The position numbers and the translations under genes are program-made. Positions 18,652 through 27,508 of a stretch of 64,000 bases of DNA are shown here, piece after piece. Within the stretch, counting starts at the first letter, position 1, and the number at the start of each line of letters is the position of its first letter. The stretch is from positions 315,488-379,487 of IMG/VR virus record IMGVR_UViG_3300027896_005002; one strand, written 5' to 3'. The stretch comes from a virus. The notes beneath the pieces are model-generated. The model searched no databases, was not told the origin of the DNA, and saw nothing but the letters and a program-made list of their open reading frames with translations.

Positions 18652-19405
18652 TCCAACTGGTTGGTAATTGCGGTCTTGGCCACCATGACGCTGACGGAAT
18701 ACTTACCAAATTAGATAACATTGTCATACCGGAACTAACACAACCTAAAAAGAATTTACTACATTGAATTTGATGCAAGGCACTTAATACGTCTACTGTT
18801 TGTCCAATAAAATTGGTAACATTTGCATTTATTTTTACATATTCATCATAAACAGCTTTTGCAAAATCATCATAATCAGCACCAATAAAAATTGGTCTCC
18901 AATTTGTCTGTTTTTGTACAGCATATATTATTTCTAACCATCGAGGAACATCATATGTTTTCCAAATCTTTTGCATTTTCCATGATGACAGATGAACAAT
19001 AAATTGATCTTGTTGAACAGGATTTTTAAGCAATCCATTAAGTTCATAATGAAAATCTATTTTTAATTCTGGCATCCATACTTCAATACGACCACCATTT
19101 TCCAAATGTGTATTTGCTTCGACATAAGTTTGCTCATTTACTAACAAATCACTATAATTGAATGCTTTTCGCACAGCTGGAATTATTTTCATTTCCAAAT
19201 TTGAAAGAATAAATTGAGCTTTATAAGCTTTATTTTGCTTATAACCAACAATTTTATTTTTAGGTAGGAGAGTCAAATAAGGCCCTAATCTATCAGGGCC
19301 TGTATCTGGATATTCAACAAAATAACTGTCTTGTGTTGTAGATAATTTACACCATAACCAATGAAAATCACCAATTCCTGGAGGTACAATAATTTTGTAT
19401 AACAT
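18557..19405 (-). CDS. GT9-like glycosyltransferase, paralog of 11727..12620
   Basis: MLYKIIVPPGIGDFHWLWCKLSTT aligns with the 297-aa paralog. Confidence 0.35.
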   Translation of the reverse strand: MLYKIIVPPGIGDFHWLWCKLSTTQDSYFVEYPDTGPDRLGPYLTLLPKNKIVGYKQNKAYKAQFILSNLEMKIIPAVRKAFNYSDLLVNEQTYVEANTHLENGGRIEVWMPELKIDFHYELNGLLKNPVQQDQFIVHLSSWKMQKIWKTYDVPRWLEIIYAVQKQTNWRPIFIGADYDDFAKAVYDEYVKINANVTNFIGQTVDVLSALHQIQCSKFFLGCVSSGMTMLSNLVSIPSASWWPRPQLPTSWSDPNVPYKWFLWSDYKQDITALCKFVKSIYE

Positions 19406-19467
19406 AATTTTCCTAAATTTAAATTTAATTTATTTTATTTACTAATTTATATTAAATTTTACTGCAG

Positions 19468-20910
19468 TTATCGAATATCATATGCCGTTGGATCAACACC
19501 CTCTTTAGACGTACCAAACATAGAAATAGATACGCCTGCAGCAGTGCCAATAATCTCGTTGTTAGTTCTTGTTGATGTGGTTACTATAGGCTCTGCTTGA
19601 GTAAATTTTACATCATCAAATCTAGCAATTTCTGGTTTTGATAAAACGCCTGCGGTTATAGGTACTTTTTTTCCTATAATTGTTTTTTTTACAATCAATA
19701 ATGCCTTGTCAGATATCACATCTGGAGAAACACCATTAAAAATTCTAACAGAATAATTACCAGAGTCACTAGCTATTAAATTAATAATGGTCAATACAGC
19801 TGTATTTGTACCAGATATCCTACTACCACTGATTAGTGGTGTATGATTTCGTCTCCATTCATAAGATACTGTCGGTACACCTGTAGCTGTCACAGAAAAC
19901 ATGACAGTATCACCAAACATTTTATTTGCATCGATAGGCTGTACTATAATTTCAGGAGCTTGAGATAATATAACTTTTAAATAAGATCCTATATCTGCAT
20001 GTCCGGTTCTATTTACATTATTATAATCTACAGTCGGAACAACAGATTCTGCTGCATGATTAATACCTCTCCCGATACATGGACTATCATCTTGTAAAGT
20101 AAAATCATCTCCTGTAGGATTTGTAAACATAGGATCAGTGTTATGTATATTATGACTTCCAACAAATAATCCTGCATTTGCTCCAAATTCTTCAATACCA
20201 TAATTATAAGAAATACCATAATCAATAATTAAATTACATGTATCAGGTGTTTCTATCCTATAACACTCACTAGTATTATTCGAACATATATTATTTAACC
20301 ATTTTCCATTTACATGACCGTTACTTGTTTGTAAAATACCACGAGCACCCCCATAAAAAACATTATTGCAAATATTACCATAAAAAGTAACACCCGCTCC
20401 TTGAGCGATTTCAATTAAATTAACACCCATAATAAGGTCTTGACATATATTATTAGTTACAAGAGCTTCTACATCTGTCGAACAGTCAAATCGAAAAGTA
20501 GTAATATTGAAATGACATCTACTAATCTCGGATACAATTGTATTTAATCCTGCAATTTGTATTAATGAGAAAAAATTACCTTCACCAATAGTAGATTCAA
20601 ATCGTATATCATATAAGTTAATTGCTTTAGGAAAAAACAAAGATGCAAAACTTCCATCACTACCTGCAAGTTTCCATGTAGGTTTATTTGTATTCCCGCT
20701 CCAGGATCTAATTGTAATTGAATAAGGTGGCATCTCAATTACATGACCTGAATCATCAATCACTCCATTATCTACCAATTCTATAATAGTTCCATCAACA
20801 ATTGAATCTCCTATAATAGATTGTATTAGATCATACATGGAATGAAAGCCGGCATCAGGAGTAAGACCAGATGGAACAACGCCTGCAGCATTTAAATAAA
20901 AAGTTGACAT
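19468..20910 (-). CDS. beta-helix plus Ig-like domain protein (fibre/spike-like)
   Basis: Parallel beta-helix-like N/G-rich repeats (NICQDLIMGVN...NICNNVFYGGARG...NNICSNNT) are followed by an I-set Ig-like block (VSYEWRRNHTPL...DSGNYSV). Confidence 0.45.
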   Translation of the reverse strand: MSTFYLNAAGVVPSGLTPDAGFHSMYDLIQSIIGDSIVDGTIIELVDNGVIDDSGHVIEMPPYSITIRSWSGNTNKPTWKLAGSDGSFASLFFPKAINLYDIRFESTIGEGNFFSLIQIAGLNTIVSEISRCHFNITTFRFDCSTDVEALVTNNICQDLIMGVNLIEIAQGAGVTFYGNICNNVFYGGARGILQTSNGHVNGKWLNNICSNNTSECYRIETPDTCNLIIDYGISYNYGIEEFGANAGLFVGSHNIHNTDPMFTNPTGDDFTLQDDSPCIGRGINHAAESVVPTVDYNNVNRTGHADIGSYLKVILSQAPEIIVQPIDANKMFGDTVMFSVTATGVPTVSYEWRRNHTPLISGSRISGTNTAVLTIINLIASDSGNYSVRIFNGVSPDVISDKALLIVKKTIIGKKVPITAGVLSKPEIARFDDVKFTQAEPIVTTSTRTNNEIIGTAAGVSISMFGTSKEGVDPTAYDIR

Positions 20911-20936
20911 ATAATCCTTTCAAATATTATGAAAAC

Positions 20937-21617
20937 TTAACTTCGTTTTATTGATGATACATTATATCCAACAGGCTTACTTGCCTTAACAGGAGGAACA
21001 ATATTAACTAAATAACTAAAAATATTACTAGTTCTTATTCTATCATTAACTGTTACAAAAATATTTCGTGTAGTAGTATTTGAACTTCCAGTAATAATAA
21101 CTTTTGCAGAAGTATCAGTCATTGATATAATATTATATCCTACACCATCGGTCACAGATAACAAAAATGACCCTGGATATACTTTATCTGTAGTGACTAT
21201 TAAGTTTGCTAAACTAATATTTAAATAAGATCCTACATATAATTTTGGCACACTTACTTGTCCAATAATTTGCGGCATTGAAATCACAGTAATACTTAGA
21301 TTAAAATAATCAGACCATATAACTCCACCATCACTTACTCTAACAGGGACTGTTAAATCACCAACAAAATCTGTTGTCGGAATAACATCAAATTGATTTA
21401 GCACGCCAGATGCAAAAGATATTGTATAATGACTTCCAGCCAATGCTTCTATCATCCAATCTGTACCACTACCATCAGGATATGATGGATCATTAACATA
21501 TAAATCTGATAATACAACAAGTCGGTCAACATTAATAGCAGTCGATAATGCTTTTTGTCCAATAATAATGGCCATACACCCATCCTTGTTAAATGTTTTA
21601 ATTAGTAGAAAAATCAA
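20937..21617 (-). CDS. hypothetical (structural-like) protein
   Basis: A beta-rich S/T/V composition follows the spike-like gene. Internal Met 15 may be the real start. Confidence 0.3.
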   Translation of the reverse strand: MIFLLIKTFNKDGCMAIIIGQKALSTAINVDRLVVLSDLYVNDPSYPDGSGTDWMIEALAGSHYTISFASGVLNQFDVIPTTDFVGDLTVPVRVSDGGVIWSDYFNLSITVISMPQIIGQVSVPKLYVGSYLNISLANLIVTTDKVYPGSFLLSVTDGVGYNIISMTDTSAKVIITGSSNTTTRNIFVTVNDRIRTSNIFSYLVNIVPPVKASKPVGYNVSSIKRS

Positions 21618-21701
21618 ACTTTTATTTATTGAATAATTTATTTATATACGCTCATATTTACATAGTAAAAAAACGTACGTCAATCAACAAGAAAAGATCT
21701 G

Positions 21702-23168
21702 ATGAAACATTTAGCAAAAATACAATCTGAATTTATTAAATCTGCATTAACCAAGGCAGATATAAATTTGTCTGTAGTGGCTACTTCTCAAAATCAACTA
21801 ATGTTTTTTACTAAAGAACAAAGCAAGCATTTCAATGATTTCATTGGTGAAAAAAATGAATTAAACGTTAGACATAATGCTAACAATTCAATAATATATG
21901 TTGGCTGTGGTAATGAAAATCAAATCACTCAACATGTTATTCGTAGTGCTACATCATTCGGCATTCAAAAAGCACAACATTTAAACTGGCAAAAAATATC
22001 TGTTATTATTCCACCGTGGTTTAATAATACATATAAATATGCGTGTATAGAAGGAACATTACTTGGGTCATATATTTTTGATGAATATAGATCAATAAAA
22101 AAGCCAAAAATTTTAATAGAAATTGTTGATAAAGATTTTTCCACTGAACAATTGGAAGAAATTAAAATAATTTGTAATTGTACAAATTATGCTAGAGATC
22201 TTACAAACAGAAATGCAAGTGATAAATATCCTGAGAAATATGCCGAAGAAATTAGTAATCTTTTTTCAAAATACAATGTAACAATTAATATTTTAACAGA
22301 AAAAGAAATTGTAGAAAAAGGACTAGGTCTTTTAAATGCTGTTAGTAGTGGTTCACCAAAACCTCCTCGATTAATTATTCTCCAATATAAAGGTAATCCT
22401 ACATCAAAAGAAAATATTGCTATTATAGGCAAGGGCATCATATTTGACACTGGTGGACTAGATCTCAAAGAAGAAAATATGAAATATATGCGAAGAGATA
22501 TGGCTGGCAGTGCAGTAGTTGCTGCATTAATGAAAGCTATTTGCGAATTAAAAATGCAAATAAATATTACTGGAGTGATGCCATTATCTTATAATTCAGT
22601 CGACGCAAAATCATATCTTCCTGGTGATATTTATAAATCATATGATGGAAAAACAGTTCAAATTGATAATACTGACGCTGAAGGTCGATTAGTTCTTGCA
22701 GATGCTATTGCTTATTGTAAAAAGAATTATAATCCAACAATGATAATTGATGTTGCAACATTAACAAAAGCCGTTTCAACTGCATTAGGTAAAATCGCTG
22801 CTGGTCTATTTAGTAATGATGATGATTTAGCTAAAAATTTAATAGAAGCCGGTTTAAGAACCAATGAAAAATTATGGCGTTTACCATTATATAAAGAATA
22901 TGAAGAATCTATTCGTAGTGATCTTGCAGATTTAAAAAATTCTGATGAATATGAACAAGCAAAATCTGCTATGGGTGCTGCTTTCCTTAAACAATTCGTT
23001 GGACAAACTCCATGGGCACATCTTGATATTGCAGGTGTAGCTTACATTGAAAGATTAGGCGATGCACCAGAACATTTATCTCATGGTGAAGATCCTCATT
23101 ATGCTACAGGTTTTGGCGTTAGATTATTATGGCAATATCTTAAAAATAAAATAAGGATTACTAAATGA
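21702..23168 (+). CDS. pepA: M17 leucyl aminopeptidase carrying the N-terminal MKHLAKIQSEFIK module
   Basis: NTDAEGRLVLADAIAY is the M17 signature. VMPLSYNSV and DVATLT are the surrounding conserved blocks. Confidence 0.85.
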   Translation: MKHLAKIQSEFIKSALTKADINLSVVATSQNQLMFFTKEQSKHFNDFIGEKNELNVRHNANNSIIYVGCGNENQITQHVIRSATSFGIQKAQHLNWQKISVIIPPWFNNTYKYACIEGTLLGSYIFDEYRSIKKPKILIEIVDKDFSTEQLEEIKIICNCTNYARDLTNRNASDKYPEKYAEEISNLFSKYNVTINILTEKEIVEKGLGLLNAVSSGSPKPPRLIILQYKGNPTSKENIAIIGKGIIFDTGGLDLKEENMKYMRRDMAGSAVVAALMKAICELKMQINITGVMPLSYNSVDAKSYLPGDIYKSYDGKTVQIDNTDAEGRLVLADAIAYCKKNYNPTMIIDVATLTKAVSTALGKIAAGLFSNDDDLAKNLIEAGLRTNEKLWRLPLYKEYEESIRSDLADLKNSDEYEQAKSAMGAAFLKQFVGQTPWAHLDIAGVAYIERLGDAPEHLSHGEDPHYATGFGVRLLWQYLKNKIRITK

Positions 23169-23581
23169 AGCATTTAGCAACAATTCAGTCTGAATTTTTA
23201 AAAGAAGCTCGCAAATGGGATAGTTTATCTGAAAAACAACAACGAGCTTATTTAAAAAGACATCCAAAATCTAAAAGAAGATTAACTTTTAAATCAAAAC
23301 CAAAAACTAATGTTATAGATGATGACGATGAACTAGATAGATTCATTACAGATTTTAGTGAAAAACATAATAGCGCTGCAGAAATATGGATGTCAGATAC
23401 TTCAAAAGAAAAATTAAAAAAGTTATATGATTCAAAAAAATATAAATTTAAAAGTATAATAAAAGATATTGAAGATGTAAAAGATGATTATATTGAAAAA
23501 ATGAAAGATAGAGGTTGGAAATTATTTGAAGATGAAGATAATATAGATCAAATTGAATTTATTTTTTACAAGGCAAAATAA
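23165..23581 (+). CDS. MKHL-module protein (MKHLATIQSEFLKEARKWD...RAYLKRHPKSKRRL)
   Basis: Its ATGA overlap lies on pepA's stop. The first ~47 aa are shared with the 54906..55664 protein. Confidence 0.5.
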   Translation: MKHLATIQSEFLKEARKWDSLSEKQQRAYLKRHPKSKRRLTFKSKPKTNVIDDDDELDRFITDFSEKHNSAAEIWMSDTSKEKLKKLYDSKKYKFKSIIKDIEDVKDDYIEKMKDRGWKLFEDEDNIDQIEFIFYKAK

Positions 23582-23582
23582 T

Positions 23583-24158
23583 ATGAAACATTTGTCTCAA
23601 ATACAATTAGAATTTGTTAAAAATGCTGCTTGGGACGATTATTCTGAAAGTCAACAACAGCGATATCTCAGACGACATCAAAAATCAAAATTAAGACCAA
23701 CTACACATGATCCTAAAACTTGTAGAAATTGTGGCAGTCAACTTAGAATTAAAGATCATGGTACTTGGGAAGGATATCATTGTCCTAGTTGTGGTCAAGG
23801 TGGTTCAAGAACTAAAAAATGTCATTTAAAAAATAAAGGATGGCGTCCACCATTTCATAGTCCTATTCTTTCTACACCTAGTTCAGATTTTCAAAAAACA
23901 ATAGCTGATCAATTTACAGATACTGTGGACATTAAACCTGAATTTTATAATGCAAAAACTCGAACATTTAGTTTCGAATTATCAGATGTTAATATTGGTT
24001 CTGCTCCTAAAGTAATTACTTTAAGAAATCCAAAAACAAATACATCTGAAAAATTTATTCAATATAAAGTCGACAAAGATTCGACCGGAGAAGATACTTA
24101 TGGTTGGCATTATCTAAGTGAAGGCGGAAAATACAATTTACTTATCATAAATGATTAG
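23583..24158 (+). CDS. MKHL-module protein with a zinc ribbon
   Basis: Start taken at MKHLSQIQLEFVKNAAWDD..., preceded by AAGG. A CRNCG...CPSCG zinc ribbon follows. The track ORF begins 30 nt upstream. Confidence 0.5.
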   Translation: MKHLSQIQLEFVKNAAWDDYSESQQQRYLRRHQKSKLRPTTHDPKTCRNCGSQLRIKDHGTWEGYHCPSCGQGGSRTKKCHLKNKGWRPPFHSPILSTPSSDFQKTIADQFTDTVDIKPEFYNAKTRTFSFELSDVNIGSAPKVITLRNPKTNTSEKFIQYKVDKDSTGEDTYGWHYLSEGGKYNLLIIND

Positions 24159-24927
24159 AGAGATAGGAACACTAATGGCTGCGACTCAATCGATAAAATT
24201 AAAAGATCATATTAATAAGATTTTTTCAGATTGTGAAGAACATTTTTCCTATCCTCATTTTACACAATATTTTGATAAAAAACCGGTTAACCTAAAAGAC
24301 TTCTTATCTATTCGTAATAATCCAATTAATGTTATGCCAGAATCTGATGATGATTGGGATAATCTAGTAAATATCATAAAACGACATGAATCTAGTGACG
24401 GTATTATGTCTTTACAAGAATGTAAAGAAGATACTAAAGAACGAATAGAAAAAATACTTTCATATTTATCATGTCCAAATTCTTTTCTGTTTTTAAACGT
24501 CGGTTCTTTCCACAATAATGTTTTTAACAGTGATAAAAGAATGATAAATATGATTAAAAACCGACTTAAAGAAGAAAAATTTAGATTTATTGTATCTTCT
24601 GCTAATTATGTCATGATGAAAAATGGACATAATACATTTCTAGAAACATTATTAAAACATCCTGATAAAGGTGTTGTTGTTAACGCTGGTAAAAGAATGC
24701 CACTGCATTTCATTTCCGTAGCATATGATAGTGTTTGTGGACCAAGAACATTAATTAGCTTTGAACATGAACATGATGAGTCACAAAATATTAGAAAACG
24801 ATATACCCCTTACAGTATAAAGTCTCTCAATCTACTATATGCCTCACAATTAAAACAAATACTCAAAAATGGCTTCCTTGTACAATCAGTCAACGACTTT
24901 GAGGAATATAATGGACTCTACGCATGA
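24151..24927 (+). CDS. hypothetical protein
   Basis: 258 aa with no recognisable motif. Confidence 0.35.
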   Translation: MIREIGTLMAATQSIKLKDHINKIFSDCEEHFSYPHFTQYFDKKPVNLKDFLSIRNNPINVMPESDDDWDNLVNIIKRHESSDGIMSLQECKEDTKERIEKILSYLSCPNSFLFLNVGSFHNNVFNSDKRMINMIKNRLKEEKFRFIVSSANYVMMKNGHNTFLETLLKHPDKGVVVNAGKRMPLHFISVAYDSVCGPRTLISFEHEHDESQNIRKRYTPYSIKSLNLLYASQLKQILKNGFLVQSVNDFEEYNGLYA

Positions 24928-25873
24928 AGGATTAATCCGAGAAAATAAAATACTGAATCACCAAAACAAAAAGCTCACGTCTGTTGTTTTATCAATGTTA
25001 GAATGTCTAGAATGCAAAGATGGATATACTCATAGTCATTCCAAAAGAGTCGGTGAGTTTGCTGTTTTATTAGCTATTGCAGCCGACTATCAAGGTCAAT
25101 GTGATGTATTAAAAAAAGGTTGTCTCCTTCATGACATTGGCAAAATTGCAGTCATGGACTCTTTACTTAAAAGAAAAAGTGACTTGTCAAATAATGAATT
25201 AAAATACCTCAGAACTACACACGAAGTCGTCGGCTATAAAATGTTAGCAGGATTTGATGAAGGTGTCATTCCACCATTCATTGCGGGCTTTCATCATACA
25301 AAATTTTGTAATTTAGATGATGATATACTTAATGCTAAATTAAAATTTGGTACTGAACATGACATTAAAAAAATGAGTAAAAATATGATTGAAGAAATAA
25401 AAAATCATATTTCTATTGCAAGAATTGCAGATTGCTTTGATGCTATTGTTACAGAAAGACCTTATCATCCAAAAAGAACATTAGAAGAAGGAAAAGACTT
25501 ATTAAGAAAATTAATAGCTGAACAACATGTTCATCCTAAATTTGGTGAATTTTTTTTAAATGAAGATAATAAAAAATTGCAAACTATTTTAGAAATGTAT
25601 CCACAACAATTTTATGAAATACCAGATATTCATCCGTATGATGTATCACAATCTCAACGAACATTAACGTCTTCTTATAATGAAGATATTAAATATCTCT
25701 TTTCATTCTGTAAAAGTGTTAAATCTAAATATAAAGAAAATGACAAAGGAAGCAATTTTATTTATATTGAAACATTGCATGATAAGAAGATAGATCCAGC
25801 ATGTTCACCACTTATTCTTAGTCAATCAGATCATAAAAACTTTATTTCATATTTATCTAATATGGAATCTTAA
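24869..25873 (+). CDS. HD-domain phosphohydrolase (HD-GYP-like)
   Basis: H..HS.RVGEFAV...LLHDIGK places HD within helix-rich context. A later GFHH motif follows. Confidence 0.55.
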   Translation: MASLYNQSTTLRNIMDSTHEGLIRENKILNHQNKKLTSVVLSMLECLECKDGYTHSHSKRVGEFAVLLAIAADYQGQCDVLKKGCLLHDIGKIAVMDSLLKRKSDLSNNELKYLRTTHEVVGYKMLAGFDEGVIPPFIAGFHHTKFCNLDDDILNAKLKFGTEHDIKKMSKNMIEEIKNHISIARIADCFDAIVTERPYHPKRTLEEGKDLLRKLIAEQHVHPKFGEFFLNEDNKKLQTILEMYPQQFYEIPDIHPYDVSQSQRTLTSSYNEDIKYLFSFCKSVKSKYKENDKGSNFIYIETLHDKKIDPACSPLILSQSDHKNFISYLSNMES

Positions 25874-27351
25874 TTAAAACTTTCTACTATTTTAAATCGT
25901 CTTTCGCCTTCACAAATTTCTCGTCTCTTTTTATAATGACCCAACAAATATCGAACGCTATCTCTAAAATCTATAACTATAGCATCCTTTTTTCCAGGTG
26001 ACAATCTCAATACTCTACCAATTCTCTGAATCATTCTTGTCGGTGACTTTCCTCCACCAGCTAATATAAGTGAATCTAAAGCCGGTATGTTCAGACCCTC
26101 ATCAGCCAATGTCGTCCCAATAATCACATCCAATTTTTTGTCACGAATTTGATCAATATATTTTTTTCTAACCATCTTGTCAACATGACTATAAATAAAT
26201 TCAACTGATATACCAGTTTCTTTAATTAACTTCAATAAAATTTTGCCATGATTTATTGTCGTAACGGTTATTAATACAGACTTTTTCAATTCTTTTAATC
26301 TGGAAACACAATCTTTTATCAAATTATTTCTATATCCATTTTTTACAATATATTTATTATATAAGGTTCTATATCTTTGACGTTTATATAAATATTTAGT
26401 TGATGGTAATCCAGGTAAAAAATAAATCGTTGGCGGCACTAAATATCCATGATCTATCAAATAAGAAGCTGTTACTTTACCTATTATACTTCCGGCATAT
26501 GCCTGCAAAATCATATCGCGCCCGTCACCAGATTGAGGTGTCGCTGATAATCCTCCTCTAAAAAATGCTCTTTTACAAGCCTTCATGACATTTACATATC
26601 CAGTGGCTCTTAAATGGTGACACTCATCAATTAATACACATTCAACTTCTTCAATAAATTTTCTAAGATCGTTATATTTAACAAAACTTTTCCTTACTAT
26701 TTCATCGTGTTCCATTAATTCTTTTTCATCATCATCAAATGGAATATATTTTTTATCTAAAGCTGCATGAATTGTTTGAATCATACAGACATTTATTTGT
26801 TTAATGTCACATAATCCACCACCAATTCGACCAATTGGTATTTTTAACAGTTTAGATAATTCATCATATGATTGTTCAAACAAATCACCAGTATGAACAA
26901 TAAATATAGATTTTAAATTTAATTTTGCAAGTATTGCTGCTGCTATTATAGTTTTTCCACCACCAGTAGCTACTTGAATTATAAATCTTTCTCGTTCAAT
27001 AGCATTATCAATAATTAATTTTTGAAAATTATATGGTTTGACGACATGTAGTTTTAGTGAAGGTCTTTTTTGAGGTTCTACACGATTATCAATTACATCA
27101 TATTTTATATTATTTTCCTCAAAAACTTCAATTGCTTTTGAACATAAACCGGTGGGAAAGGACTGTTTCAATTTGTTAAAAAGATTATGTTCGACAGTTG
27201 CAAAATCAAATCCATTATATTCCAATGTTTCATATTTCATTATTTCAGATAGTTTACCTATAATAAAAATCGACACTTCACCAGTTAATGAAGTATTAAT
27301 ATTTCCAATATTCATCATAATCATAAATCTTAACCTATTAATTTTTATCAA
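25870..27351 (-). CDS. SF2 helicase (type III-restriction-res / DEAD-like)
   Basis: Walker A is VATGGGKT. Motif II is LIDECHH. Motif VI-like is RIGRVLR. Confidence 0.65.
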   Translation of the reverse strand: MIKINRLRFMIMMNIGNINTSLTGEVSIFIIGKLSEIMKYETLEYNGFDFATVEHNLFNKLKQSFPTGLCSKAIEVFEENNIKYDVIDNRVEPQKRPSLKLHVVKPYNFQKLIIDNAIERERFIIQVATGGGKTIIAAAILAKLNLKSIFIVHTGDLFEQSYDELSKLLKIPIGRIGGGLCDIKQINVCMIQTIHAALDKKYIPFDDDEKELMEHDEIVRKSFVKYNDLRKFIEEVECVLIDECHHLRATGYVNVMKACKRAFFRGGLSATPQSGDGRDMILQAYAGSIIGKVTASYLIDHGYLVPPTIYFLPGLPSTKYLYKRQRYRTLYNKYIVKNGYRNNLIKDCVSRLKELKKSVLITVTTINHGKILLKLIKETGISVEFIYSHVDKMVRKKYIDQIRDKKLDVIIGTTLADEGLNIPALDSLILAGGGKSPTRMIQRIGRVLRLSPGKKDAIVIDFRDSVRYLLGHYKKRREICEGERRFKIVESFN

Positions 27352-27508
27352 GTTAAATAATCACAACAAAAACCATAGTATCAACACTACTTATAACTAG
27401 TTGATTCTGTTAAGATTATATCATATAGGTTTTCAACCACTTTTTGACCTGTTTTTTGTTAATTAGTGTGATTATAATAATATAATATAATATAAACAAG
27501 GAGGATTT

